From contig JBGPIA010000008.1 of assembly GCA_041484665.1 (NCBI GenBank), positions 32,001 to 96,000 of the forward strand: a stretch of 64,000 bases of DNA. The letters run 5' to 3'. The notes under the pieces are model-generated. The model had not been told where the DNA came from. It saw nothing but the letters and a program-made list of their open reading frames with translations, and did no database searches. Position 1 is the stretch's first letter. Each line of letters opens with the position of its first letter. A program made the translations under genes and the position numbers. This document shows positions 34,921 through 44,551 of this stretch, in pieces. The stretch is from Candidatus Krumholzibacteriia bacterium. GTDB lineage: Bacteria; Krumholzibacteriota; Krumholzibacteriia; JAJRXK01.

Positions 34921-37407
34921 TCACGCGCAGTGTTTGGCTTTGTCTCTCAGCTCACGCTTTGCCGCCGCGATCAGCTCGATCGGTGTCAAGAGCACGCCGG
35001 GCTGCGCCTGGCGGCGCGCGAGGAGGCGGGTCCGACGGACCCGTAGTGTGCGGACGTCCGTGACGAGGTCGCCCAGGAGCAGCGAGAGCAGCTCCAACGC
35101 GCCCAGCTTCGGCCCGGGTGCGGCGAGGTCCAGCGCAAACGCCAGGACCGCGGCGCCGTCGCCCTGCGGCTTCAGACGGAGTTCCGTGACCCGAGCCTTG
35201 GGATCGATCCCCTCCCGCGACGGCGCCGGCCACTGCCCGCCGTCCTGCAGCTCGCGCACGCGCCGCTCCAGCGCGGCCACGTCCGCCATCCGGTCGCGCC
35301 AGCAGGGCGCGGGGAGGTCAGCCTCGTAGTGGGCGACCACAAGCTGCGTCAGGGATCCGCAGCTCCCCCCGGGCGGGACCCACCGTGCGTGGGTCGCCTG
35401 CAACCCTTCGGGGAGCCACTCGTTGAGCAACGGGAGCAGGTGCGGGGTCTTGTGGGTGAGGCTCAGGTCGACGAATTCCTGACACCCTTCGACCCCGGCC
35501 GGAAGCGGCGGTCCGAACGTCACCTTAGGGCGCGGCCGGGCCACGCCCGAGATGGCCAGCGGGAGCCCCGAGCGCTCGCACGCCAGCAGGAACGCCTCCG
35601 ACAGTTCCCTGTGGTTGAGATGGCGCAGCCGTCCGCGCTTCTCATATTGCACGCGATACTCGAAGTAGCGCGGCACCAGCGTCTGCCAACGGCGCCAGCG
35701 ATCGGAAAGCGCGCGGACGCCCTCCTCGCGGGCCACCGTGCGTGCGGCAGGAGCGCCGGGCGCGCTGTGCGCCGTTGCCGGCGTCGCGTTCGCCGTCGAT
35801 CCGGACTGCTGTCCGGGCTGCTGTGCGGCCTGCTGTTCTGCCACCAGGCCTACCAATCCCTCCAGCCCCGTGCGCTCGGCCGCTGCCTCGGCCGGTCGCG
35901 CCCCAGCGCCGACTTCGCCGGCCACAGCGGCCGCCGTCGTGGGGGCGTGCCCTGAGGCGGCGAGCGCCAGCTGCCACACCTGCCGATCGTGCGCGAGCGG
36001 CCGCCCGGGCGTCAGCGGCGCGCGGCGCACCACGTCCTCCACGACCGTCGCGAGGTCGGCGCTGCCCGCCGCGAGCGCACCGCAGATCCACGCAGTGTCT
36101 TCATCCAGTGGATCCGCCTGCTGCAACGGTCGCGCGCCGTCTCCCTTCAAGGACTCGCGCTGTGCTTCCCAGTCGCGCCACGCCGGCGACGGGTGCGGCG
36201 GAGCATCAGGTGCCAGGTACGGAACCACCGAGATGCTGAGCCCCATTCCCGACGCCGCGCAGAGGGCCTGCAGCTGCTCCACCAAGGGTCGGATCGCGGC
36301 GCGGTCGCGCGCGTCCTCTTGGGGCAGCCCGACCGCGAGCCGAACGGTGAGCTGGCCCTGCTTGCGCGCGAGCAGGCTTTCGCACGCCACCTGCAACTCT
36401 TGGCCGTCGATCAGACCGAGCGCGGCCCGCAGTCGCGCGCTGGCGGCCCACAGGTGCAGCACCGCGCGCCCGCGCTGCTGCTCCACCCAGGGCGGGGCCA
36501 GGTGCCCCGCGAAAACCGGCAGGGCAACTCTCGCGCTGCCGGAGCTGACCGGCGCAGGGCTGCCGACCGGACTCGTGCTGAGGCCGGGCGCGCTGCCGAT
36601 GGCCAGCCCAGCGCTGCCCGGCTGCCCATTGTCGTCGGCCGGCCTGGCGTCGTGCCCGGGTGCTGTGTCGTGGCCTGGTGCTGTGTCGCAGACCTGCGCC
36701 GCGTCGCCGGCCGTGCGACGAGGGTCGATCCGGACGGCGGGCTCGACGGTTCGGCCGGCGGTCGCCAGCGCGCGCAGGCCGCGGCGCAGGTCCGCCATCT
36801 CGTGGTCGAGCAGGAGAACCACGGCCTGTGCGGCGGCCTCCACCGTGCCGATGGCCAGAACCGCGTCGGCGAACACGCGCGCCAGCTGCGGCAGACTGGC
36901 GGCGCAAGGCCCTGCGGCCAGTAGCAGCGGCGACTGCGCGGCCCGCTCGCTCGCGCGCCCGGCCAGGGCCTGGACTCTCAGAAGCGCCAGAAGACCTACG
37001 AGCTGGGTCGGCTCCTCCAGCCAGACCAGCCACAGCGGATGCTGGAGCAGCGGGATCCAGTCGGGCAGCGAGAACGGCTGTAGGCGCTGGCGGACGAGCT
37101 CCGCGAGCAGATCCGGTGGCGGGAGGTAGGCGACGTGGAAGGAGACGCCCGCCTGCCGCTCGAGCGCGTCGCGCAGCCGGAACGGGGGCGAGCAGACGTC
37201 GGCGCTCTCTGGCAGCGAAGGCCAGAGCAGCAGCGGTTGGTGCGTGTTCGCGGGCTCCAGCTCGATCCGGCGAGCCCGCAGTGGCTCGATGAAGCGTCCC
37301 GGGCGCTCAAGACGAGGGAGAATCTCCTCGTCGAGCAGCCGATGCATCCGGGCCAGCTCCGGATCGACCCTTCGCCCGCCAGCCACCACAGGGTGGTCGT
37401 AGGTCAC
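34921..37407 (-). CDS. Degenerate TIGR03960-like radical SAM domain fused to TIGR03936/DUF2344 domain
   Basis: N-terminal LPRLERPGRF, PLLLAAGPCA and VGLPQE resemble TIGR03960; C-terminal YEKRGRLRHLNH...PKVTFGPPLPAG.EG..EFVD resembles DUF2344; no CxxxCxxC; upstream of rne. Confidence 0.75.
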   Translation of the reverse strand: MTYDHPVVAGGRRVDPELARMHRLLDEEILPRLERPGRFIEPLRARRIELEPANTHQPLLLWPSLPESADVCSPPFRLRDALERQAGVSFHVAYLPPPDLLAELVRQRLQPFSLPDWIPLLQHPLWLVWLEEPTQLVGLLALLRVQALAGRASERAAQSPLLLAAGPCAASLPQLARVFADAVLAIGTVEAAAQAVVLLLDHEMADLRRGLRALATAGRTVEPAVRIDPRRTAGDAAQVCDTAPGHDTAPGHDARPADDNGQPGSAGLAIGSAPGLSTSPVGSPAPVSSGSARVALPVFAGHLAPPWVEQQRGRAVLHLWAASARLRAALGLIDGQELQVACESLLARKQGQLTVRLAVGLPQEDARDRAAIRPLVEQLQALCAASGMGLSISVVPYLAPDAPPHPSPAWRDWEAQRESLKGDGARPLQQADPLDEDTAWICGALAAGSADLATVVEDVVRRAPLTPGRPLAHDRQVWQLALAASGHAPTTAAAVAGEVGAGARPAEAAAERTGLEGLVGLVAEQQAAQQPGQQSGSTANATPATAHSAPGAPAARTVAREEGVRALSDRWRRWQTLVPRYFEYRVQYEKRGRLRHLNHRELSEAFLLACERSGLPLAISGVARPRPKVTFGPPLPAGVEGCQEFVDLSLTHKTPHLLPLLNEWLPEGLQATHARWVPPGGSCGSLTQLVVAHYEADLPAPCWRDRMADVAALERRVRELQDGGQWPAPSREGIDPKARVTELRLKPQGDGAAVLAFALDLAAPGPKLGALELLSLLLGDLVTDVRTLRVRRTRLLARRQAQPGVLLTPIELIAAAKRELRDKAKHCA

Positions 37408-37455
37408 GGGCGTTTCCGAGCGTCAATGCCATTGGTCGAAGGAGGCGGCGGGTTT

Positions 37456-38838
37456 CTAGGCTCGCTCGCCCCCCACAGTGATCGACGGGATACGCAGCGT
37501 GGGCTGGGCATCGGCCACGGGGACTCCCTGGCCGTCCTTTCCACAGGTGCCCAGATCGAACCCAAGATCGCTGCCGACCATGTCGATCTGCTCCAAGATT
37601 GTGGGGCCGTTTCCGATCAACGTGGCGCCTCTCACCGGGGCCCCGACCTTCCCATCCTCGATCAGGAAGGCCTCGTTCACCTTGAAAACGAAATTTCCGG
37701 TGGTCGTGTCGACCTGCCCTCCACCCATCCTCGTCACCAGAAGGCCGTGGGGCGTGGCCTGTACGATCGCGCCCGGCTCGTGCTCGCCGGGGGCGATCAA
37801 CGTGTTGGTCATACGGACGATCGGTCGGTGACGATAGGACTCCCGCCGTCCGTTGCCGGTACTTACTACGCCATCCCGCCGGGCCGTCAACCTGTCATGC
37901 ATGAAGCCTCGCAGGACTCCATGCTCCACCAAGACGGTCTTCTGGGCCGGGCTTCCCTCATCATCCACGTTCAGGAAGCCGCGGCGGCCGACGAGCGTGG
38001 CATCGTCGAGCACCGTGATCGCTGGGGCCGCGACGCGGGCTCCGACCCTGCCATGATAAACAGAAAGGCCTTTCTGGACCAGGTCCGCCTCCAGCCCGTG
38101 CCCGATGGCCTCGTGGACCATCGTGCCCCCGGCCCTGCTGTGCAGGACGACGGTCATGGGCCCGGCGGGCGCCGGCGCGGCGCCCAGCATCCGGACCGCT
38201 TGCTCGGCGATCTCCATTGCCCAAGCCCGCACGCGGTCGGGTACGAACAGCTCGAAGCCCGTGGCGCCTCCCATCACGCCGTAGGCGGACTCCAGCCGCA
38301 CGCCATCCCGGGCGATGCAGCGCAGGGTGACGGCGACCTGCACCCGGTCGTCCTCCACCGGCCCGACCTCGCCGCTGACGATCACGATCCGGCGCCGCAC
38401 ATCGGACCAGGCGACCTGCACCTCGCAGAGGCGGGGACCCACGGCGCGCGCCCAGCGCTCGACGTCGGCCAGCAGCTGGGCCTTGACCGGCAGCGCGACA
38501 GCGTCGGGGTCCTGCTGCGCTGGCACAACGAACGTGCGGGGTGGAGGCACCAGGGCCTCGATCGTCTCGCCGGGCACTACCCCGTGGAGCTGGGCTGCCA
38601 GCGCGTGGATCGACGCCTCGTCCAGCTCGTTGGTAAACCCGTAGCTGGTGCGGTCGCCCACCACCCGCCGGACGCCCAGTCCGATCTCCTGGCCGCTGTG
38701 GGCGCGCTCGAGCCGGCCGCCCTGGCGGGCCAGGACCGTGCTGCGGCGGTCCTCGAAGAACGCGTCGGCGTCGTCGGCTCCTCCGCCGCGCAGCAGCGCG
38801 ACGGCTGCGGCCATCGGCGCGAGCGGCGTCGCCCTCAC
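37456..38838 (-). CDS. tldD: TldD metalloprotease
   Basis: HEAIGHGLEAD, DDEG, TGNGRRESY, RMTNT and CGKDGQGVPV motifs. Confidence 0.95.
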   Translation of the reverse strand: MRATPLAPMAAAVALLRGGGADDADAFFEDRRSTVLARQGGRLERAHSGQEIGLGVRRVVGDRTSYGFTNELDEASIHALAAQLHGVVPGETIEALVPPPRTFVVPAQQDPDAVALPVKAQLLADVERWARAVGPRLCEVQVAWSDVRRRIVIVSGEVGPVEDDRVQVAVTLRCIARDGVRLESAYGVMGGATGFELFVPDRVRAWAMEIAEQAVRMLGAAPAPAGPMTVVLHSRAGGTMVHEAIGHGLEADLVQKGLSVYHGRVGARVAAPAITVLDDATLVGRRGFLNVDDEGSPAQKTVLVEHGVLRGFMHDRLTARRDGVVSTGNGRRESYRHRPIVRMTNTLIAPGEHEPGAIVQATPHGLLVTRMGGGQVDTTTGNFVFKVNEAFLIEDGKVGAPVRGATLIGNGPTILEQIDMVGSDLGFDLGTCGKDGQGVPVADAQPTLRIPSITVGGERA

Positions 38839-40577
38839 TCGTCATCCTCGAGGAACGAAAGCGAGGGCTCACCCGCGTCGGGCGCGGCGCCGGCCTGCTC
38901 CCCGGAGTCGAGATCGGTGCGATCGGCTACGGCAACGTCCGGTGCGGCCACCGCCCCAGTCGGCACCACGCCGACCGCCAGCTCGGGCCGGGCGCCGCGT
39001 GCCCGGGTCGGCCGGCGGCGCGCGCCTTCGGCTTCGGCCTCGAAGACCTCCTTGGAGATCTGCTGCTCGAAGCGCACCGGGTAGTCTCCGGTGAAGCACG
39101 CACGGCAGAAGCCGGGGCCCCCGCCAACGGCCTCCATCATCCCGTCCAGGCTCAGGTAGCGCAGGCTCTCCACGCGCATGTAACGCGTGATCTCCTCGAC
39201 GCTGTGGCTGCTGGCGATCAACTCGCGGCGCACCGGCGTGTCGATGCCGTAGTAACAGGGATTGGTCATGGGCGGGGAGCTGATACGCAGGTGGACTTCG
39301 CGCGCGCCGGCGCCGCGGACCATCTTCACCAGCTTGCGCATGGTGGTCCCGCGCACGATCGAGTCGTCCACCAGCACGATCCGCTTGCCCTCCAGCACGC
39401 GGCGCACGGGGTTGTACTTCTTGCGCACGGAGAAGTCGCGCAGCTCCTGGGTGGGCCGGATGAACGTGCGCCCGACGTAGTGGTTGCGGATCAGGCCCAG
39501 CTCCCACGGAATGCCCGTGGCATGGCTGTAGCCCAAAGACGCCGTGTTGCTGCTGTCGGGCACGCCGACCACGTAGTCGGCGTCGCAGGGGGCCTCGCGC
39601 CCGAGGATCTCCCCCAGTCGCCGTCGCACGGCGTCCACGCTGCGGCCGTAGATGAAGCTGTCGGGGCGGCTGAAGTAGACGTACTCGAAGATGCACATCG
39701 CGTGTTCGGTGACTTCGACGAATCGGTAGGAGTCCAGCCCGCCGTCGCCGTGGAGCACGACCATTTCCCCGGGCTCCACGTCGCGCACGTAGGTAGCTCC
39801 CAGGATATCCAGAGCGCAGGTCTCGCTGGCGGCGATCCAGGCCTCCTTGAGCTTGCCCAGGCAGAGCGGCCGGAAGCCCCGCGGGTCGCGCGCCACCAGC
39901 ACCTGCTGCGGGTCGATCACGAGCACCGAGTAGGCACCCTCGACCTGGCGCAGCGCCTCGGCGCAGGCGCGGTCTACGGTCTCCTGCTTGCTGCGCGCGA
40001 TCAGGTGCAGGATCACCTCGCTGTCGTTGGTCGTGTTGAAGATCGAGCCCACGCCCTCCATCGCACGCCGCAGCTGCGCCGCGTTGACGAGGTTGCCGTT
40101 GTGGGCGACCGCCAGGCTGCCGCGCTTGTAGGTGACCTGGATCGGCTGGGCATTGAGCAGGTTGCTGCTGCCGGTCGTGCTGTACCGCACGTGACCGATG
40201 GCCATGTGCCCGCGCAGCCCGGCCACGGCCTCCTGCGTGAGCACGTCGCTCACATGTCCCATCTGTTTGAACGAGGTGAGGACGTGGCCGTCCGCAACGG
40301 CCAGACCGGCCGACTCCTGCCCGCGGTGCTGCAGCGCGGCCAGTCCGATGGCCGCCAGGCTCGCGGCCTCGGGATGGCCCACCACGGCCATGATACCGCA
40401 CTCTTCGTGCAGGCGATCGCCGTGCAGGCGATCGCCGTGCGGCGGATGGCCATGCGAGCGATCGCGCTGCGGCACGGCGCGGCGCGGGCAGTCGTCGTTC
40501 AGCGCGCCGTCGCCCGGGGCCCCGCCAGCGGGCGACCCCTCGTCGCGACGATCTCCTGGCGCGTACGGCGCGCTCAT
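38835..40577 (-). CDS. purF: Amidophosphoribosyltransferase
   Basis: EECGI, LQHRGQE, GHVRYST, VDDSIVRGTT, CYYGID and CRACF motifs; extended N- and C-termini. Confidence 0.97.
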   Translation of the reverse strand: MSAPYAPGDRRDEGSPAGGAPGDGALNDDCPRRAVPQRDRSHGHPPHGDRLHGDRLHEECGIMAVVGHPEAASLAAIGLAALQHRGQESAGLAVADGHVLTSFKQMGHVSDVLTQEAVAGLRGHMAIGHVRYSTTGSSNLLNAQPIQVTYKRGSLAVAHNGNLVNAAQLRRAMEGVGSIFNTTNDSEVILHLIARSKQETVDRACAEALRQVEGAYSVLVIDPQQVLVARDPRGFRPLCLGKLKEAWIAASETCALDILGATYVRDVEPGEMVVLHGDGGLDSYRFVEVTEHAMCIFEYVYFSRPDSFIYGRSVDAVRRRLGEILGREAPCDADYVVGVPDSSNTASLGYSHATGIPWELGLIRNHYVGRTFIRPTQELRDFSVRKKYNPVRRVLEGKRIVLVDDSIVRGTTMRKLVKMVRGAGAREVHLRISSPPMTNPCYYGIDTPVRRELIASSHSVEEITRYMRVESLRYLSLDGMMEAVGGGPGFCRACFTGDYPVRFEQQISKEVFEAEAEGARRRPTRARGARPELAVGVVPTGAVAAPDVAVADRTDLDSGEQAGAAPDAGEPSLSFLEDDE

Positions 40578-41326
40578 CGCGCGACCTCCTCGGACAGGGG
40601 CATCGGTTCCCGCAGCTGCGCCCAGCCCTGGATGTGGGGATGGATCAGCAGGCCCTGGCTGCGCGTGCGGGTGATCGACGCCTCCTGGGCCACGGCCGCC
40701 GCCTCCGAATCGGTCGCGGTGCGCAGCACGAGGGTCCACAGCTGCATGCGCAGCAGGCGCGCGTCCGGCGCCGGCCAATGCCCCTGCGGCAACGGCCCGA
40801 CGGGCTGGTCGCGCTCCCACGCCGCGAGCGTCACCGCCCAGGCGCCCCCCACGGGCGGCGGAGCCAGCCACGCATCAAGCTCGTCACGACCGCGCGCCGC
40901 GGCCAGATCGCGGCGGTCCGTCCCCACCAGCGCTCGCAGCCACGGCACCGGCCAACGGCCCGCCGCGCTGGCGGCGCCCGCCGCGCTGGCGGCCGTGGCA
41001 GTTGCGGCAGCGAGCGCGCCGGGAGCGGCTTCGTAGAAGGCGTAGCGATGCTTGTTGGGATTGACCCAGTCGGCTCGCGCCAGGCAGGCCAGCTCCCACT
41101 GACGGGGCGCGCCCTGTAGCTCGCTGCGCGCAGCACCCGGGCGCGCCTGCGGGCCGCCGCCAGAGTCAGCTCGCGCCGTGGCGGCGCCACCGAGCACGTA
41201 ACCGTCGTCGCGCAGCACGGCCACTAGCCGGTCGCCCAGACCGCACGGGCCGCGCAACGCAGTGGCGGCGCTCATCGCCACCAGATCCACGCCGCGGAAG
41301 CGCACGAGCAGGGCCAGCTCGCTCAC
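40574..41326 (-). CDS. Hypothetical 250-aa protein, probable divergent tandem PurS-like subunit
   Basis: GTG start; between purQ and purF, stop overlaps the purF ATG; halves end in WVNPNKH and GLLIHPHIQ (compare PurS LLANPVIE). Confidence 0.6.
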   Translation of the reverse strand: MSELALLVRFRGVDLVAMSAATALRGPCGLGDRLVAVLRDDGYVLGGAATARADSGGGPQARPGAARSELQGAPRQWELACLARADWVNPNKHRYAFYEAAPGALAAATATAASAAGAASAAGRWPVPWLRALVGTDRRDLAAARGRDELDAWLAPPPVGGAWAVTLAAWERDQPVGPLPQGHWPAPDARLLRMQLWTLVLRTATDSEAAAVAQEASITRTRSQGLLIHPHIQGWAQLREPMPLSEEVAR

Positions 41327-41348
41327 GATTGCACCGTCCTCTTCGGTC

Positions 41349-42173
41349 TTACGACCCGCCTCGCGCGCCCAGGCGGGCAAACGCGCGCAACAAACGCATG
41401 CCGGGTCCGTCGGCCGACAGCGCCGCGAAATCGCTCGCCGCACGCCGGCGGCGCTCGCCCCAGGGGCCGGGCAGGTCCTCCGGGACGTGCCAGAGGCGTG
41501 CCGCCCGCTCGGGATGCGGCATGAACGCAAGCACCTGGCCGTCGAGCCCGGCGAGCCCGGCGAGGGCGTGGGTCGACCCATTGGGGTTGTCCGGGAACGC
41601 GGCGGCCTCCTCCCCGTCGGGCGTGCAGTAGACGAGCGCGCGCAGCCCGCGCCGCTCGATCTCGCGGTCCACCGCCGGGTCGCCAAACAAGAAGCGCCCC
41701 TCGCCATGGGCGACGGGCATCGGTAGCGGCTCGGCGAGCCCTTCGGTGAAGAAGCAGCGCGCTCCCGTCGGGGCCCGCACGAACACCCAGCGCGCGTGAT
41801 AGCCCTCCCAGCCGGCGATGTTGTTGCGCGCCAGCGCGGCATCCACGTGGCCGGCCGCAGTGGCCGGGGCCAGTCCGGCTTCCACCAGGATCTGCGCGCC
41901 GTTGCACAATCCCAGGACCGGCTTGCCACGCTCCGCCTGGCGCGCCAGCTCGTCCATGAGCGGCGACTTGGCTGCGATCGCCCCCGCGCGCACGCGGTCC
42001 TGATAGCTGAAGCCGCCGGGGATGACGTAGCCCGCATACGTGGCCAGACGGGTGGCGGGCTCGTTCCAGCGCACGAGCTCGCCGTCGACGCCGGCCCAGC
42101 CCAACGCCCGCAGCGTCTCGGTTTCGCAATTGAGCCCGGGAAACTGCAGGACGCCGATGCGCACGCGCGTCAT
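41349..42173 (-). CDS. purQ: FGAM synthase glutaminase subunit PurQ
   Basis: FPGLNC, PGGFSYQD, GLCNG, AHGEG, NPNGS and MPHPER motifs. Confidence 0.96.
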   Translation of the reverse strand: MTRVRIGVLQFPGLNCETETLRALGWAGVDGELVRWNEPATRLATYAGYVIPGGFSYQDRVRAGAIAAKSPLMDELARQAERGKPVLGLCNGAQILVEAGLAPATAAGHVDAALARNNIAGWEGYHARWVFVRAPTGARCFFTEGLAEPLPMPVAHGEGRFLFGDPAVDREIERRGLRALVYCTPDGEEAAAFPDNPNGSTHALAGLAGLDGQVLAFMPHPERAARLWHVPEDLPGPWGERRRRAASDFAALSADGPGMRLLRAFARLGARGGS

Positions 42174-44551
42174 GCCAGAACCCCCCGGGCCAGCAGCCGC
42201 GGCATCGTGCGCTCGCGCGCCTGCGCCAGCCGCGCCAGGGGGACGCGCAGCGGCGGACCGCCCAACCCGTCCACGTGCAGCTGGGGCTGTGCAACCACCT
42301 CGCCCAGGTGCGCGCACTGTGCGCCGTGCTGGGCGGCGAGCCGCTCGAACGCCGCCGTGCCGGCGGCTTGGACCTCCACCAGGAAAGCGCCCGCCTCGCC
42401 GAACGCGGCCGCGCCGGCTCCAGCGGTTCCGGCGAAGGGCGCAAGGTCGACGTGTGCGCCCAGGCGGCCACGGCTCTCCGGCCCCAGTGCCATCTCGGCG
42501 AGGGCCGCCAGCGTTCCGCCCTCGGACACGTCGTGCACGGCGACGGCCAACCGATCGCGCAGCGCGTCGAGTACGGTCGCGATCTCGGCGCGGATCGCCG
42601 CGTAGTCCGGTGGCGGGACGTCGCCCACCCAGGAGGCCTCGATCCAGCGCGCGTAGAGGCTGCCACCCAGTTGGGGAGCGAAGGCGCCCAGGCGGTAGAG
42701 CCCGTCGCCGGCCGCCTTGAGGGTGAGACTGCGGCAGCGCGCGATGTCCGGCACGATGCCCACGCAGCAGACGATCGGCGAGGGATCGATCGCTGCGCCG
42801 TGCGCGCTCTGGTTGTAGAAGCTGACGTTGCCCGAGACCACCGGCAGCGGTTCGCCGGGCGCGTCCATCCGCCCCAGCCCGCGGCAGGCATCGCCGATCC
42901 CGCGCACGCCCGCGACGAAGGTGTGGAAGACCTCGGGGACCTCGGGATTTCCGTAGTTGAGGCAGTCGGTGATCGCCGCCGGCACGCCGCCGACACAGGC
43001 CACGTTGCGGGCCGCCTCGATCACCGCGCAAGCGCCCCCCAGATAGGGATCGACGCGGGCGATGCGCGGGTTGCCGTCGCAGCTCACCGCGACCCCGACC
43101 GCAGCGCCGGGCAATGGCGCCAGCACGCCAGCGTCGGCCTCGCCCGGCCTCAGCACGGTGCGCCCTTGCACCTCGCTGTCGTAGTGCTGGAACAGAGCCC
43201 GCCGGCTGCACAGGTGAGGCGAGGCGAGCAGCGCGACGAGATCCTCGCCGAGGTCACGGCCCTGCGTCCGCAGCGGAGTCGGCGAGCGGGCCGGCGTGCC
43301 GTCGCGGCTGTCGCGCTCGTAGCGGATGCCGTCGACGATCGTGTGGATGGGAGCGTCCACGACGACCTCGCCGCCGCGCACCATGCGGTAGCGCGGAACC
43401 TCCCCGGCGGAAGGCACGAGGATGCGCCCGACGCGGCGCGCGCCGGCGCCCTCGCTGATGCCGGGCAGGTCGTAGGTCTGGTTGTACAGCCGCAGCAGCT
43501 GGTCGGTGATGCGCGCGGGGACCGCCAGCCCGAAGCGCTCCTGCGTCTCGCTGCAGGCAGCCACGCGGCTGGGCAGTGCCGGCTCGGCCAGGTTGGCCAG
43601 CGACAGATCGAGCTCGATCCCCACCTCGCCCGCGGCGGCCAACTCGCTGCTGACGCAGGCGATACCACCCGCGCCCAGGTCCTTGAAACCGATCGGCGCG
43701 TCGTTGCGCCGCGCCAGCTCGAGCATGGCCGCATTCGCCAGTGCCAGCACGCGCTTGAGGAAGGGATCGGCTACCTGCACGCTGCCCTTGTTCTCCTGCG
43801 CGGCGGCCAGGTCGAGATCGGCCGAGGCGAAGGCGGCCCCTCCCATCCCGCTCCAGTCGGTGGCCTTGCCCACCAGGATGAAGTCGTACGGCTCCCGGCG
43901 CGCCTGCTCGGGCACGCGGCTGCGCACGATGTGGTCGGCGCGGACCAGGCCCAGCGCCACGACGTTGACCAGGCAGTTGTCGTCGAAACAGGCGTCGAAC
44001 ACGACGTCGCCGCCCAGGTTGGGGATGCCCAGCGCGTTCCCATACAGGGCGATGCCCTCCATCACCTCGCGGGCGATCTCCAGGCTGCGCTCGCCGTTGC
44101 TCCCGGCCGGGTCGCCGAAGCGCAGCGGATCGAGCGTGGCGATCACCTCGGCGCCCATGCAGTAGATGTCGCGCACGATTCCGCCGATGCCCGTGGCCGC
44201 CCCCTCGACCGGCATCACCTGGGAGGGGTGGTTGTGGCTCTCGTGGCCCAGCACCAGTGCCCAGCGTACGCCGTCGATCTCGGCCAGCTCGACGATCCCC
44301 GCGTCCTCGCCGGGGCCCAAGATGACGTTGCCGGCCTCGGTGGGCAGGAAGCGTTTGAGGACCGCGCGGCTGCTCTTGTAGGAGCAGTGCTCGCTCCACA
44401 TGGCGTCGAACAGGGTGAGCTCGGTGTCGGTGGGGTCGCGGCCCAGCAGCTGTGCCACGCGACGTGCCTCGGCGAGCTTCAGCGAGAGCGACAGCTCGCG
44501 CAAGGCGGCGGAGAGCGGCGCGTCATCGAGCGTGCCGACCGGGACGATCAC
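42170..44551 (-). CDS. purL: FGAM synthase subunit PurL (small form)
   Basis: WSEHCSYKSS, ESHNHPS, GAATGIGGIVRDI, DLGAGG, SETQER and HDVSEGG motifs; GTG overlaps the purB stop. Confidence 0.97.
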   Translation of the reverse strand: MIVPVGTLDDAPLSAALRELSLSLKLAEARRVAQLLGRDPTDTELTLFDAMWSEHCSYKSSRAVLKRFLPTEAGNVILGPGEDAGIVELAEIDGVRWALVLGHESHNHPSQVMPVEGAATGIGGIVRDIYCMGAEVIATLDPLRFGDPAGSNGERSLEIAREVMEGIALYGNALGIPNLGGDVVFDACFDDNCLVNVVALGLVRADHIVRSRVPEQARREPYDFILVGKATDWSGMGGAAFASADLDLAAAQENKGSVQVADPFLKRVLALANAAMLELARRNDAPIGFKDLGAGGIACVSSELAAAGEVGIELDLSLANLAEPALPSRVAACSETQERFGLAVPARITDQLLRLYNQTYDLPGISEGAGARRVGRILVPSAGEVPRYRMVRGGEVVVDAPIHTIVDGIRYERDSRDGTPARSPTPLRTQGRDLGEDLVALLASPHLCSRRALFQHYDSEVQGRTVLRPGEADAGVLAPLPGAAVGVAVSCDGNPRIARVDPYLGGACAVIEAARNVACVGGVPAAITDCLNYGNPEVPEVFHTFVAGVRGIGDACRGLGRMDAPGEPLPVVSGNVSFYNQSAHGAAIDPSPIVCCVGIVPDIARCRSLTLKAAGDGLYRLGAFAPQLGGSLYARWIEASWVGDVPPPDYAAIRAEIATVLDALRDRLAVAVHDVSEGGTLAALAEMALGPESRGRLGAHVDLAPFAGTAGAGAAAFGEAGAFLVEVQAAGTAAFERLAAQHGAQCAHLGEVVAQPQLHVDGLGGPPLRVPLARLAQARERTMPRLLARGVLA

